Positions 1 to 9,322 are shown, numbered from the stretch's first letter. The stretch is 54,626 bases of DNA from a virus (IMGVR_UViG_3300014155_000001:1-54626); one strand, 5' to 3'. Numbers and translations are program-made. Notes: generated by a model from the sequence alone, not told the origin.

Positions 1-123
1 ATGTCCCCGAAACCGGCACCGATAATGCCTTCATTCAGGGTGGGATAACCCTTTTCCCAAGGTGTGTAGTAGAGCACCCGGCCAAAGGACTCGGCCAGCC
101 GGCGAGCGAGCGGCAAAAAAAAG
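1..123. repeat. Terminal direct repeat / circular assembly overlap (identical to 54504-54626)
   Basis: Bases 1-123 match 54504-54626 exactly, and a reading frame continues across the junction. Confidence 0.97.
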
Positions 124-170
124 CCGTGGTCGAAAACTAGGCAAGTTTTGCTAGAAAAATCTTCACTCAC
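1..170 (-). CDS. N-terminal part of the ATP-grasp protein that crosses the circular junction (GTG start at 170, MSEDFSSKTCLVFDHGFFLPLARR...)
   Basis: In frame with 53366-54619; the GTG overlaps the TGA of the upstream gene (GTGA coupling). Confidence 0.85.
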   Translation of the reverse strand, partial: MSEDFSSKTCLVFDHGFFLPLARRLAESFGRVLYYTPWEKGYPTLNEGIIGAGFGD

Positions 171-544
171 GGCAGGGCGTTAAGTTCGGCTTCGTACTCC
201 TGCCAGTTCACGTCCAAGGCGTCGGCCATCTGGCGTTCGATATTGGTGGCGCGAAAATGTTGCAGGCGGTAGGGCGCGTCTTGGTGATCGCCCGGCTCGC
301 TGTCATCGTCACGATCACGGTTGGCTTCATACGTTTTGTCGAAGTCATCCACGGCTTTCTGCGTGACACCGTCATGTTCACACAGGACGGCCTCATAAAG
401 TTCGTGGACGGCTACCAACATTTCATGCCGCCAGTCCGACAATTTTGAAACGTGGATTTCCAAATCCTGGCCATTGAAAAACCAGTCCCCAACGGTGGGA
501 TAACGTTGGTCGGCGTGCGGAATGATTTTGATGGTGATGTTCAC
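167..544 (-). CDS. Hypothetical protein with HExxE putative metal-binding motif
   Basis: 125 aa; AVHELYEA plus a downstream QH...E; coupled to both neighbours by overlapping start/stop codons. Confidence 0.7.
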   Translation of the reverse strand: MNITIKIIPHADQRYPTVGDWFFNGQDLEIHVSKLSDWRHEMLVAVHELYEAVLCEHDGVTQKAVDDFDKTYEANRDRDDDSEPGDHQDAPYRLQHFRATNIERQMADALDVNWQEYEAELNALP

Positions 545-774
545 GGCAGGACGTGTTTTTTGATTTTGGGCGGGCGTTTGGCCTTGGCTAGTTGCACTTC
601 GGCATTGCGGATCAGAGGCGGCACGGGCTGGGTCGAGCGGAATACGGGCGGGTGTTTGGCCAAGGCGCGCTTTTCCGTGGCATCATGGGGCATGGAGGCG
701 AGCGACTGGTTCACCTGCCGGTCAATCTCGGCTTCGGTGCGCGCGGCATCAATTTGTTGAGGCGTCAGTTCCAT
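541..774 (-). CDS. Small protein with basic C-terminus, possible virion component
   Basis: 77 aa directly after the portal; ends AKAKRPPKIKKHVLP. Confidence 0.6.
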   Translation of the reverse strand: MELTPQQIDAARTEAEIDRQVNQSLASMPHDATEKRALAKHPPVFRSTQPVPPLIRNAEVQLAKAKRPPKIKKHVLP

Positions 775-3133
775 ACTCGAACATTTGTTTCATGCGGTCG
801 GCGGCAAGTTCCTGCAAATGCTTTTGGGCGTCCTGCTGCATTTGTTGCTCGAATTGAATCTGCCGCTGGGCGGTACGCTGGGCGTGTGACTCGCGTGTGT
901 TTTGCGCCTTGGTCTGTGCCAGCAACATTTGGGATTGGACCTTGGCGGCGGTTTCCGGGTCGAGTCCGCCACCATTCTGGCCTTTTTGTTTTTGGGCAGC
1001 TTGAGCGGCGCGTTGCGCCATTGCTTTGACCTGATTCATCAGCTTGGCCAGGGCATCGGTGTATTTCTTGACCTTTTCCTTGACGGTATGATCCGGGGGG
1101 ACGCCTTTGACGTGCTGCGGCTTTTCATCTTCGGCCATGAGGTCAATGTGATTGCGAATGCCGTTGCCGGGCACGGGCTGGCCTTGGATGGACTGGCCGG
1201 CCAGATTTTGCAGGCCGGTCATTTCGTCGGGTGTGATAGGAGTCCCGCGTTTGCCGATTTGCTGGACCTTGATGGTGAGCGCCAGCAACAGGGCTTCAAT
1301 GTACTCGGAATGATTGACGCCTTCCTTGAGGGCCACGGGCAAGCCTTGCAACATGACGCCGGCAGCGAGTTGCGCGTCGTGGATGGAATCGCTGACAACG
1401 GGTTCTTCGGGAACGGACTGCCGTGCCAGTTCGTAATCATCGGTGAGGGAGGCGAGGCCGGCGCGCAGAAAATGGCGTTGGGCGGACGGATCGAGTTTGT
1501 TGTAATACAACAACATGATTTTGTCCATGATGGCCGTTTGCAGCATTTTGTTGCCGGACCCCATGACGCGCACGGGTTGCACGTTCCACCGTTCGATGTT
1601 CAAAGCTTCTTCGGGCACGCCGGCCCGCAAGACTGCCAGCCGGAATTTACGCACGTCGGCATCGCGGCTGTTGGGAATGCAAAAGCGGCGGCAGATTTCG
1701 TCGTACTGGAATTTCTGATAGTTGTAAGCCTGGTTCAGCATCCCGTTGACCAGGGCGGCGCTGGTGTTGATCTTGGCCATTGTGCGGGTGGCGGTTTCTT
1801 CCGGGCCGTTCTCCATGTCGAAGTCCTGGGTGAAAGATGCGGAGTTGTCAGCCATGATTTGCCGGTTCTTGGTCAGGGCCATTTGCACGAGTTCACCATC
1901 CACTTCCCAGCGTTCGTCGCGTTTCACAAATTGCAGTCCATCGGGCAGGGCTTTCTTGTCGGTCAGGTCCACCTTCCAGGCGCGTTCGGCATCGGCGGGA
2001 TTGGTGATGCGAAAATACTGCATCAAGCCTTCAAAGGTGGACTCGTCGAACTTGCAGTTGAGGCGGTTTTGCAGGTGGCAGATTGAATAGAGCAAAAATC
2101 CCAGGGACCGGACACTATGATAACGGAATGGAGCCACACAGGAACAATCGGCGAACTGAAAATGGATGGTCTGGTTTAGCTTGTCGCAATAAACCGGGTT
2201 GGCGCGTTGTTCTGAATCATAGAGAAATTCCGATTTGTCGAAATTCCACTGGCCATACTTGCCGGGCTTTTTACTGCCGCGCGTGTCAATGAGCGCACCG
2301 CCTAGTCCACCCACGCCTGGCTCGCCCCAGGCATCGAGGATGATTTTTTTACGCCAGCCGGATTTCTTGCCGTCATCGTTCCAATATAAAAACTCAAAAC
2401 AATCCACGGTCGGAATGGCATCGGACGAATACAGGCCACCGTCCTGTTTGATACGTTCCTCCATTTTTTCAGGGGACCAAGTTTCCGGCCACGAGGCGGA
2501 CAAAAGTTGTTTGGCTTGGGCGTCCACCCATTTCACCGCCTTTTCGACCACGGGCACATTCCAGCCGGGGTCCACCTGCGGGCGGTGCGTCATTTCCCAA
2601 AGCTCGCGCCCGGTGTATTGGCGGAAGCGGGCAATGAACGGGAGATTTTTGAGGGACAAAAGGGTGTTGGACGGGACTAGAATATCTTCGACGCCGTCAG
2701 CTTCGGGACACCAACAATACGAGTCCGGCCAGCTAGACGGGGCGATGCCATGCAGGACCAGGAGCGCAAAGACACTGCGCCGGGCTTCCATGTAAGGCAA
2801 AGAACCCCGGATGATTTTGTTCACGCGCGATTGGATCAGGCCGGCCCATTCGCGGCGTTGCCAGGCCGGGCCGTAATCCAACTCGACGGTAAAGAGCGGG
2901 TCGGGAGTAATCAGGGCGTTGGACAGTTGGCGGCGGGCATTGTGGGAAATGTTGGAAAGGGACAGGTCGTTGTAGTTGACGGCAATCTTGTTGGCGGACA
3001 CTTCGGCCTCATCGTAGGGGGGCCAGCCATTGGCAAGGTTGTTGATGCGTGCGCGGTTTTGAGCGCGCGGCCAATCGGCCAGCCGCATTTGCCAGACGAC
3101 TTGCTCTACGGCTTGGGCATGGGTGAATTCCAT
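749..3133 (-). CDS. Portal protein (P22 gp1-like, long Q-rich C-terminal barrel)
   Basis: 794 aa; size, Q/A-rich coiled-coil C-terminus and genomic context. Confidence 0.8.
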   Translation of the reverse strand: MEFTHAQAVEQVVWQMRLADWPRAQNRARINNLANGWPPYDEAEVSANKIAVNYNDLSLSNISHNARRQLSNALITPDPLFTVELDYGPAWQRREWAGLIQSRVNKIIRGSLPYMEARRSVFALLVLHGIAPSSWPDSYCWCPEADGVEDILVPSNTLLSLKNLPFIARFRQYTGRELWEMTHRPQVDPGWNVPVVEKAVKWVDAQAKQLLSASWPETWSPEKMEERIKQDGGLYSSDAIPTVDCFEFLYWNDDGKKSGWRKKIILDAWGEPGVGGLGGALIDTRGSKKPGKYGQWNFDKSEFLYDSEQRANPVYCDKLNQTIHFQFADCSCVAPFRYHSVRSLGFLLYSICHLQNRLNCKFDESTFEGLMQYFRITNPADAERAWKVDLTDKKALPDGLQFVKRDERWEVDGELVQMALTKNRQIMADNSASFTQDFDMENGPEETATRTMAKINTSAALVNGMLNQAYNYQKFQYDEICRRFCIPNSRDADVRKFRLAVLRAGVPEEALNIERWNVQPVRVMGSGNKMLQTAIMDKIMLLYYNKLDPSAQRHFLRAGLASLTDDYELARQSVPEEPVVSDSIHDAQLAAGVMLQGLPVALKEGVNHSEYIEALLLALTIKVQQIGKRGTPITPDEMTGLQNLAGQSIQGQPVPGNGIRNHIDLMAEDEKPQHVKGVPPDHTVKEKVKKYTDALAKLMNQVKAMAQRAAQAAQKQKGQNGGGLDPETAAKVQSQMLLAQTKAQNTRESHAQRTAQRQIQFEQQMQQDAQKHLQELAADRMKQMFEYGTDASTN

Positions 3134-3140
3134 CCCTTTA

Positions 3141-3168
3141 ACGTTATCGGGGAACGGTTATACGTCAA
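3141..3168 (-). promoter_or_regulatory. Putative portal promoter TTGACG-N16-TAACGT, near-leaderless
   Basis: -10 element ends 7 nt before the ATG; same layout at 9323, 32888 and 46348. Confidence 0.6.
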
Positions 3169-3192
3169 GGGGGTGATAAACCGTGGGCAAAA

Positions 3193-3525
3193 TCAGGCTT
3201 TTGGCTTATCCCACCGAAAACCGGCAAGGTGCTCGCCGTTCACAAAGTCAATGTCCGGCTTGAAGTCGTAACGCGGCAGGACAATTTTAAGCAGTGGGTT
3301 CCAAATTTCCCAAATACAGATGATGTCAAACTCGGTCTTGGCTTGGGCAATTAAGCGGCGGAACTGGCCGGTGCCGGGGTGACTGGTTCCAACAAACAGG
3401 ATGTCCAAGCGGGGTTGTCTGACTTTGACCAAACCATCCACGCCGAGGGGCGAAATAAAGCGAAAGTAGCCGGTGCCGAGTAAGACGCCAACAGGGTCAG
3501 GCTTGATCTTGCCCAAGACTTTCAA
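3193..3525 (-). CDS. GNAT-like acetyltransferase (divergent)
   Basis: LDILFV...HPGTGQFRRLI resembles GNAT motif A; later N...L.RY.F element. Confidence 0.45.
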   Translation of the reverse strand: MKVLGKIKPDPVGVLLGTGYFRFISPLGVDGLVKVRQPRLDILFVGTSHPGTGQFRRLIAQAKTEFDIICIWEIWNPLLKIVLPRYDFKPDIDFVNGEHLAGFRWDKPKA

Positions 3526-4163
3526 ATTTCGATGGAATGGAACGGCCAGTTATTTTTGAGCATGTACTGGTCGTCCTTTGGGAAGTCCCAATTCTGATCG
3601 GTACGGTCCTCGTGCATGGGATGAAACACCACACGGGCCGGGGTCAAGTCGTAACAGTGGTTGCCGAATTCAGCCATGAAAAAGTTGAGCATCCAATTGT
3701 CCCAGGTAATCCGGCCCAAACAAAAACCTTCGGGGATTTTTTCGGCGGCAGCTTTCCAAATGGTGGGGGTTGCAGCAAAGAAGTCCAAACCCAAATCCGT
3801 GAGCCGCGCGCCAACGGTGTCGCCATCGGGCGGCAGGGTGTAACGCCGGCTGACCGCGCATCCAGCGGGCCGGCTCCGCAAGGCATCTTCAACCCGGCGA
3901 AAGTTTTGCGGGATGATGATGTCGGCATTTACAATGCAGGACCAATCGTTCAACCCGCCACAAAATGCGGCCATTTTTTTAATGCTCGGTTTGCCGTTGG
4001 TGGGCAGGAAAGCGGTTTTGGCGGAACGCATTCGCGTGTCGGCGTTGTTGAAATAAAATATCCGGTCAAAAAGGCGGGTCCAGGAACGGTTGGCGACTTC
4101 CTGTTGTAGCCAGATGGTGTGAGTACAGCCTTCAAACGGGCGGAAAGAGGAAACAATAATCAT
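3522..4163 (-). CDS. Glycosyltransferase-like protein (GT-A fold)
   Basis: CIVNADIII (DxD-like), GLDFF and WDNW motifs; start placed at MIIVSSF (4163). Confidence 0.6.
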   Translation of the reverse strand: MIIVSSFRPFEGCTHTIWLQQEVANRSWTRLFDRIFYFNNADTRMRSAKTAFLPTNGKPSIKKMAAFCGGLNDWSCIVNADIIIPQNFRRVEDALRSRPAGCAVSRRYTLPPDGDTVGARLTDLGLDFFAATPTIWKAAAEKIPEGFCLGRITWDNWMLNFFMAEFGNHCYDLTPARVVFHPMHEDRTDQNWDFPKDDQYMLKNNWPFHSIEI

Positions 4164-4174
4164 AATTATCCCTT

Positions 4175-4324
4175 TTATCCCTTGCGCCGAAATTTCATGT
4201 AGAGCTTGGTGGTGTAAAGCACCATCAAAATAAATGTCCACCAAGACAAGCGGCTCGTAGCGCAGAGCCAGATTCCGAACGCGGTAGTAAAAGGGAAAAG
4301 AACGTTAATTTTGATTTCTTTCAT
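4175..4324 (-). CDS. Small membrane peptide (49 aa, not in the ORF track)
   Basis: MKEIKINVLFPFTTAFGIWLCATSRLSWWTFILMVLYTTKLYMKFRRKG; own TTGACC-N16-TAGCAT promoter and CCACCACCATG start context. Confidence 0.55.
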   Translation of the reverse strand: MKEIKINVLFPFTTAFGIWLCATSRLSWWTFILMVLYTTKLYMKFRRKG

Positions 4325-4357
4325 GGTGGTGGAATGCTATCCATGTCATTTGGTTGG

Positions 4358-4921
4358 TCAAGCGTGTTTTATCACCCAAGCTGCCGGGCGGCGGTCCACT
4401 ACGAAGGTAAGGCGGCGCTCGGCGCAAAAGCGGTCCACGGCACTTTTGACTTCTATGAAATTCGGCCAGTGGGTGTCGTTACCATAGTCATCAAATCCCA
4501 TGACCCCGCCGATTTTTAATTTTGGCCACCAAGCATCGGCGTCTTGCAGGACATGGATATAATCGTGGTTGCCGTCAACGAACACCATGTCCAGCGAATC
4601 ATCAGGCACGTCCAAGGCTCCATCCGTGGAGAATTTACGGATCAAAACCACCCGTTTATCTTCCTCGGCCAGCTTGCAACAATCGCGCCAGTATTGGTCA
4701 AAGTTAATGCCCTCGGTGCGTTCGCGGTACACCGTGGCCGGCTGGCTGGTCCACGGGTCCACCATGTAATACTTTTTGCCTTTCCATTTGGCCAGGACCT
4801 GGCGGGCGTAGCCACCAAAGGCACAGCCAATTTCAGCGGCAGCGCCAGTGAGATCGTGACGGTTCAGCCAGTCGCCGATTTCATCGCGGTATTCAATGTC
4901 AACCCAAAGCGGTTTGGTCAT
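4358..4921 (-). CDS. Class I SAM-dependent methyltransferase (Methyltransf_24-like)
   Basis: EIGCAFG, VDPW, DMVFVDGNH and LKIGGVMGFDDY motifs. Confidence 0.9.
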   Translation of the reverse strand: MTKPLWVDIEYRDEIGDWLNRHDLTGAAAEIGCAFGGYARQVLAKWKGKKYYMVDPWTSQPATVYRERTEGINFDQYWRDCCKLAEEDKRVVLIRKFSTDGALDVPDDSLDMVFVDGNHDYIHVLQDADAWWPKLKIGGVMGFDDYGNDTHWPNFIEVKSAVDRFCAERRLTFVVDRRPAAWVIKHA

Positions 4922-4925
4922 AAAA

Positions 4926-5654
4926 TCAAATTACATTTTGCGCCGTTCCAAAAACTTCCTTCACCCATTCAGGGGAATAATCGCCCTTCCAAGTTGAATT
5001 ACAACTCCACGCTGCCGCCTTATCGCCGTCTTTAAGACCGCACCGGGCGTAATTCCGGGCGTGCCGCTGCCGGGTGTATTCATAACCAAGGTAGCGGTAG
5101 TGCAACAGCTTCAAGCCGACATCAACGGGATTGGTGGGGGTGTTTTCAAGGCCGTGTTTGCCACGAATCCATTGCAATCGGACATCGGGCTGAAAAACAA
5201 TCGGCTTGCTGTAAACCAGCGAATAAATGCCGTTGGGCGCAAGCTGCCAAATCTGGCTTGTCCCGTCATCTTTCGGCAGTCCTTCGTGCATCATCACATA
5301 ACCCGTGGTGGCCAGAATTTTGCACCGGCTTTGCAGGGCTTCCGCCAGGATGAATTTAAGCGAGCGGTGATACACAAATTCGTCAATGTCCGGCCAGATT
5401 ACCCACTCAAATTTTCCGGCAAAGGTCGGATAAGTCTCGTGCGCCAGTCGTAAAAAACTATCTTCGGAAATTCCATTGTCCTCGTCCCATTCATGCAGCT
5501 TCACCAGCGGATGCCCCGCCAGCAATTCCCGGCTGCCGTCGTTGCTCCGGTCATCCCACACATGGATTTCGTTTGCGATGGTTTCGTAGTGCCTTAAATA
5601 AAACGGAAGCATATCCCGTTCGTTGTAACACATGCTGCAAACAACAATTCTCAT
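4926..5654 (-). CDS. Glycosyltransferase family 2-like protein
   Basis: YNERDML, DDRSNDGS, WPDIDEF and LLHYRY motifs; start coupled to the upstream stop. Confidence 0.85.
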   Translation of the reverse strand: MRIVVCSMCYNERDMLPFYLRHYETIANEIHVWDDRSNDGSRELLAGHPLVKLHEWDEDNGISEDSFLRLAHETYPTFAGKFEWVIWPDIDEFVYHRSLKFILAEALQSRCKILATTGYVMMHEGLPKDDGTSQIWQLAPNGIYSLVYSKPIVFQPDVRLQWIRGKHGLENTPTNPVDVGLKLLHYRYLGYEYTRQRHARNYARCGLKDGDKAAAWSCNSTWKGDYSPEWVKEVFGTAQNVI

Positions 5655-6403
5655 ACCGTGGCGTCCGCTATCCATTCCTTGAGGCTGGTGGTGACTTCAT
5701 GCCAAGGGCGTAATTCGGAGTAACTGTCGCAAATCCGGCAGGTGCAAAGCGGGTCCGGGCGGTTGATGAAAGCCAACAATGTTTCTTCCGTCAATTTTCC
5801 ATCCAATGGCAGTCCGTCAGTGGTTTGCGGCAAGTCCATGAAGGAGTCGGGAAAAAACGCGGCTTGCGGACACAGGAAAAAATACCCGTCGTGGACTGTC
5901 CAGCAACGTTTTTTCCACGGGCAACTCTTGAACGACTTTACACCATCGTCCGGCTGGTGTTTGAACTGCTTGTAGAAGGCATCATATTCTCTGACGCCAA
6001 AGAAAAATCCGTGCTGACGGGCGCGTTCCTCGACCAGTTTGCGGGTGCTGGCTGTGAACTTTCCGGTATAAGCACTCACTACCAGCCGGTCCAACTTTGA
6101 CCAGAAAGTTTCCGGCATACGTTCAAGTAAAGAACCGTTGGTTAAAACTTCCACCGTGGCGGCAATGCCACTTTCAATTATCACGTCCAGAAAATCGCAG
6201 ATTTGAGGGTGCAACAGGGGTTCACCACCTAAAATGGAAAATACGTCCGCATGGAAGAATGGTTTCAGGGTTGCCAAATCTTTTGCCAATTGTTCTGGCT
6301 GCATAAAATAGGGCCGGGCGAACGGGGAAGCGTGGGAGCAAGACGCACAATGATTGATACAGTGGCGCGTGATGTTTGCTTCAAGGCTGATGGCGTGGAT
6401 CAT
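5651..6403 (-). CDS. Radical SAM protein with C-terminal auxiliary Fe-S (SPASM/twitch-like) cysteines
   Basis: CINHCASC (CxxxCxxC), GGEPLLHP and TNG motifs; C-terminal CPW..RC..CP..CRIC. Confidence 0.92.
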   Translation of the reverse strand: MIHAISLEANITRHCINHCASCSHASPFARPYFMQPEQLAKDLATLKPFFHADVFSILGGEPLLHPQICDFLDVIIESGIAATVEVLTNGSLLERMPETFWSKLDRLVVSAYTGKFTASTRKLVEERARQHGFFFGVREYDAFYKQFKHQPDDGVKSFKSCPWKKRCWTVHDGYFFLCPQAAFFPDSFMDLPQTTDGLPLDGKLTEETLLAFINRPDPLCTCRICDSYSELRPWHEVTTSLKEWIADATV

Positions 6404-7203
6404 ACCAATCCGAGTTGGGCCAGCATTTTAATGGGCACGATGTTTTTCTGTTCGCCGAGCACCCAAATGTCCTGGGGCTGGTCCAACGCGCCGTGGGACC
6501 AAAACTGTTGCAAGTGATTGTTCGGTGTGACCCGGTCGGAGAATTGTTCAACCGGATGGTAACGTTCCCGGAAGAATTGCATGGCCACGTTTCCCAAGGT
6601 AACGAATTCACAAAAGCCTTGGGGAAATTCATTGCGGCAGGACCGGATATAATCGGGCACGGATTGTCCGGTCTTTTTTTTCATATATGCACGGGCGACA
6701 GCGTAGAGGCCGCGATGATAAACTTCCGGGTGGCAGCGCATGGTTTCATAATGGACCGGAAAAGGCAGGCATTGGGCGGTGCATTCCTGCCAGCGCAAAA
6801 CGCCCGGATGCCGGAAGCCGATGAAGTGAAAATTTTCAAAGCGCAAAATGGGTTTGCCATTTTTGATGTAGGTTTCCGGCGTGACCGGCTCGGTAAAAAC
6901 ACAGTCCGGGTCAATATGCGCGATGAAGTCGGCATTGGGACACCATTCGTCGGCGTGCATGATTTGATTTTCGTGCCAGACCATGCCGAGGCCGGGCCAT
7001 TCATCGCCGCCAAGGGCAAAAATCGGCAAAGCTGAATTTGCGTTCACTTCGCTGAAAAGAACATGCAACCGTTGAAGGTCCGCCTTCGGCACCAAAATAG
7101 TGACAGCGGAAAATCCAGTAGCAAATTTGCGGATGGAGCGGAGGCAATAAACCAGCCAAGAAAAATCCTTGGCACAGGTACAGATGAAGATTTCGGTTTT
7201 CAT
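6400..7203 (-). CDS. Nucleotide-diphospho-sugar transferase-like protein (DUF6492-like)
   Basis: LRSIRKF, HIDPDCVF (DxD) and FCEF..LG motifs. Confidence 0.7.
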   Translation of the reverse strand: MKTEIFICTCAKDFSWLVYCLRSIRKFATGFSAVTILVPKADLQRLHVLFSEVNANSALPIFALGGDEWPGLGMVWHENQIMHADEWCPNADFIAHIDPDCVFTEPVTPETYIKNGKPILRFENFHFIGFRHPGVLRWQECTAQCLPFPVHYETMRCHPEVYHRGLYAVARAYMKKKTGQSVPDYIRSCRNEFPQGFCEFVTLGNVAMQFFRERYHPVEQFSDRVTPNNHLQQFWSHGALDQPQDIWVLGEQKNIVPIKMLAQLGLV

Positions 7204-8636
7204 GGTTGCGCGCGTTTTTTAGCGCGAAGTTGGTCTATGAGCGAGCCGTCTTTTGAACGGTGGAAGATAACGGCTTCGGGCGGTATCCATTGGTCCACGG
7301 CCAAGGTCGAGGCAAAGTGGGGGGGCGGTCCCTGGCTGGGATGCAACGCATCGTTGACCATGCCCCAGCGGTGACAAAACAGGCGGCTGCAATCGTGGAC
7401 TTTGCCGACAATGTCAGCCGTCATTGACGTGTCCCAAGCCACGTCAACGGCGGACATGGCATGTGGGGACAGATTGGCGAAATCGGCTGGGTAAAGGGCG
7501 GTTCCATTCATGTGGCCCGCTTCGGGAATGACTGGTCCCATGACCGGCTGGCCGCAATTTTGATATTCCAAGGCGAGCGCGGGCAGCCAGTCGGGTTTGA
7601 GCGGGACGCAATCCGCCTCGAACCACAACCAGGGCCTGTGCAGAGCGGCTTGCATGTGCTGGGCACTGGCCCGGAAGGTGACGTTGCAGGCGTCGGGCCA
7701 GGTTTCGCGCACGGGGCGAGGATAGGTGAATTCATCCACGGTACGAAAGGCCCGGCGCGCGGCGGCGCGCAGGCGGTCGAGCCAGACCGGGCCAAGCGAA
7801 GGGTCATACGACAGCAGGCAATCGAATTGGTTTTGACCGTCTAGCTCAACCATCCAATTGAGGCACTTGAACAACAGGTCCGCGTCTTTGATGCACACGG
7901 GCAAAACCACCATGAGCGGCGGTGGTGTGGCGATGCCGGCCTTGGCGCGCAACAGTTCAATGAGTGTGCCGTCTTTGTTGCGGTGAAAGAGCACGGCTTG
8001 GGGGTCGAGCTTGTCCAGGGTAAAAGCATGACGCGGAGCGCCGGTTTTCGTGTCACGAAAAGTCGGCGGCAGGCCGGGCACACCCCAAAATTGCTGAATA
8101 AGCTTGGTAGGCTGGACGTAATCAATGGCAGTACGAGACAACTGAACGTCGAACGCCTCAACCACGTCACGATAGAAGGCAATGGCGGTGTTGGGATAAA
8201 CGGCGATGCCGGTCATCATCACAGGCGGGACGCTGGGCAGATTTCCGGGATAACAGCCGGCCAGAATATCACTGACGGTGTCTTTGTAGGCGCAGTCCAA
8301 AGCATCAAGCCAGCCGGGTTTGAGCGGGACGGCGTCCGGTTCCAACCAAAACCAGCCGTCAATGTCATGCACCGAGCAATGTTTGGCAGCAGCGAGCCAG
8401 AGTGAATTGCTGCCGGGTATCCAGCCGGCCACGGGCTGGCCGTTGGTGATGAATTGTACGGTATCGAAACTTTCAGTGGCCAGCGCCACGGCGGTTTGGG
8501 CATGGTGCCAGGGTAAATCGGCGTCGGCAACAATCAGGGCCGCATGGCCGGGACAACCGCCAAGTTGTTTGATCCACCGGAGCAAGTTGAACAACAAAAA
8601 AGTGTCCCCGGCGAATACTGGAAAAACACAGAGCAT
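7200..8636 (-). CDS. Protein with two tandem glycosyltransferase-like domains
   Basis: Homologous halves: WFWLEPDAVPLKPGWL / WLWFEADCVPLKPDWL and FHRNKDGTLI / FHRSKDGSLI. Confidence 0.65.
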   Translation of the reverse strand: MLCVFPVFAGDTFLLFNLLRWIKQLGGCPGHAALIVADADLPWHHAQTAVALATESFDTVQFITNGQPVAGWIPGSNSLWLAAAKHCSVHDIDGWFWLEPDAVPLKPGWLDALDCAYKDTVSDILAGCYPGNLPSVPPVMMTGIAVYPNTAIAFYRDVVEAFDVQLSRTAIDYVQPTKLIQQFWGVPGLPPTFRDTKTGAPRHAFTLDKLDPQAVLFHRNKDGTLIELLRAKAGIATPPPLMVVLPVCIKDADLLFKCLNWMVELDGQNQFDCLLSYDPSLGPVWLDRLRAAARRAFRTVDEFTYPRPVRETWPDACNVTFRASAQHMQAALHRPWLWFEADCVPLKPDWLPALALEYQNCGQPVMGPVIPEAGHMNGTALYPADFANLSPHAMSAVDVAWDTSMTADIVGKVHDCSRLFCHRWGMVNDALHPSQGPPPHFASTLAVDQWIPPEAVIFHRSKDGSLIDQLRAKKRAQP

Positions 8637-8637
8637 T

Positions 8638-9315
8638 TTATTTCAGAATCCAGCAGCGGGGATCGAGCGCGGCTTGGGATTTTGGGGTCAGGTGCTTTTT
8701 GATGTTGGTCAAAGGGACATGGACTTTAAGTTTGAGCGGGCACAGGCAGGCTTCGCAAATACCGAGTTTGTCGTCGGACGGCGTTTTCAATTCCGATTTT
8801 TGAGCGGATTCAATCCGTTTGCGGATTGTTTCACTGGCGAACACGGTAAACCAGCGGGTCAGATCGCCCAAGCCGTTTTGTGGGCACGCGGCGCAGATGA
8901 TTGCACGGCGGTTGGCTTCCGCTGCCAGCACGGTCGGACAGCCTTCGTCCTGCCATTCATCCAACAGCACCGCTCCGGCAGTTAGCTGGCGGATTTTATC
9001 GCCCACAGCAATGAGTGGCTTTAACAGGGTCGCTTTTTTTGTTTCCTGAATTTGGACCGGCCCTCCTTTCCCGATGATATAAGCATCCGCGCCGGGAATC
9101 CCCATCATGCGGAGTGCGTTTTGTTGGTCTATGAAATTTTCGATGGTGACGGGGTCGGTGGGCAATCCCAAGTTCGGGTTGCTGGTGGCGATGCCGTGAA
9201 ACCAAGTGACGGCTTCGGCGAAAGACCAGAACGGTTTGGTTTGATTGATTTTAGCGATGGTGACTTGAAAGCCACCGGGCGGACATTCCCGCCGTGATTT
9301 TAAGCGAACAGCCAT
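8638..9315 (-). CDS. Cys-rich putative Zn-binding protein, first gene of the modification operon
   Basis: ICAACPQN...ICEACLCPLKLKV...PRCW; start placed at MAVRLK (9315), 7 nt after the promoter. Confidence 0.65.
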   Translation of the reverse strand: MAVRLKSRRECPPGGFQVTIAKINQTKPFWSFAEAVTWFHGIATSNPNLGLPTDPVTIENFIDQQNALRMMGIPGADAYIIGKGGPVQIQETKKATLLKPLIAVGDKIRQLTAGAVLLDEWQDEGCPTVLAAEANRRAIICAACPQNGLGDLTRWFTVFASETIRKRIESAQKSELKTPSDDKLGICEACLCPLKLKVHVPLTNIKKHLTPKSQAALDPRCWILK

Positions 9316-9322
9316 GCAACGA

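Noticed and set aside
1-123. Biological direct terminal repeat of the virion DNA
   Set aside because: It falls in the middle of a gene and is best explained as an assembler overlap on a circular contig
902-2086. Long + strand ORFs (also 30697-31806, 31867-32808, 37465-38499, 25172-25996)
   Set aside because: They are antisense shadows of GC-rich real genes and contain no recognisable motifs
4321-4332. CCACCATG read as a Kozak sequence indicating a eukaryotic virus
   Set aside because: Sigma70-type promoters, coupled operons, terminators and a bacterial tRNA show this is a bacteriophage
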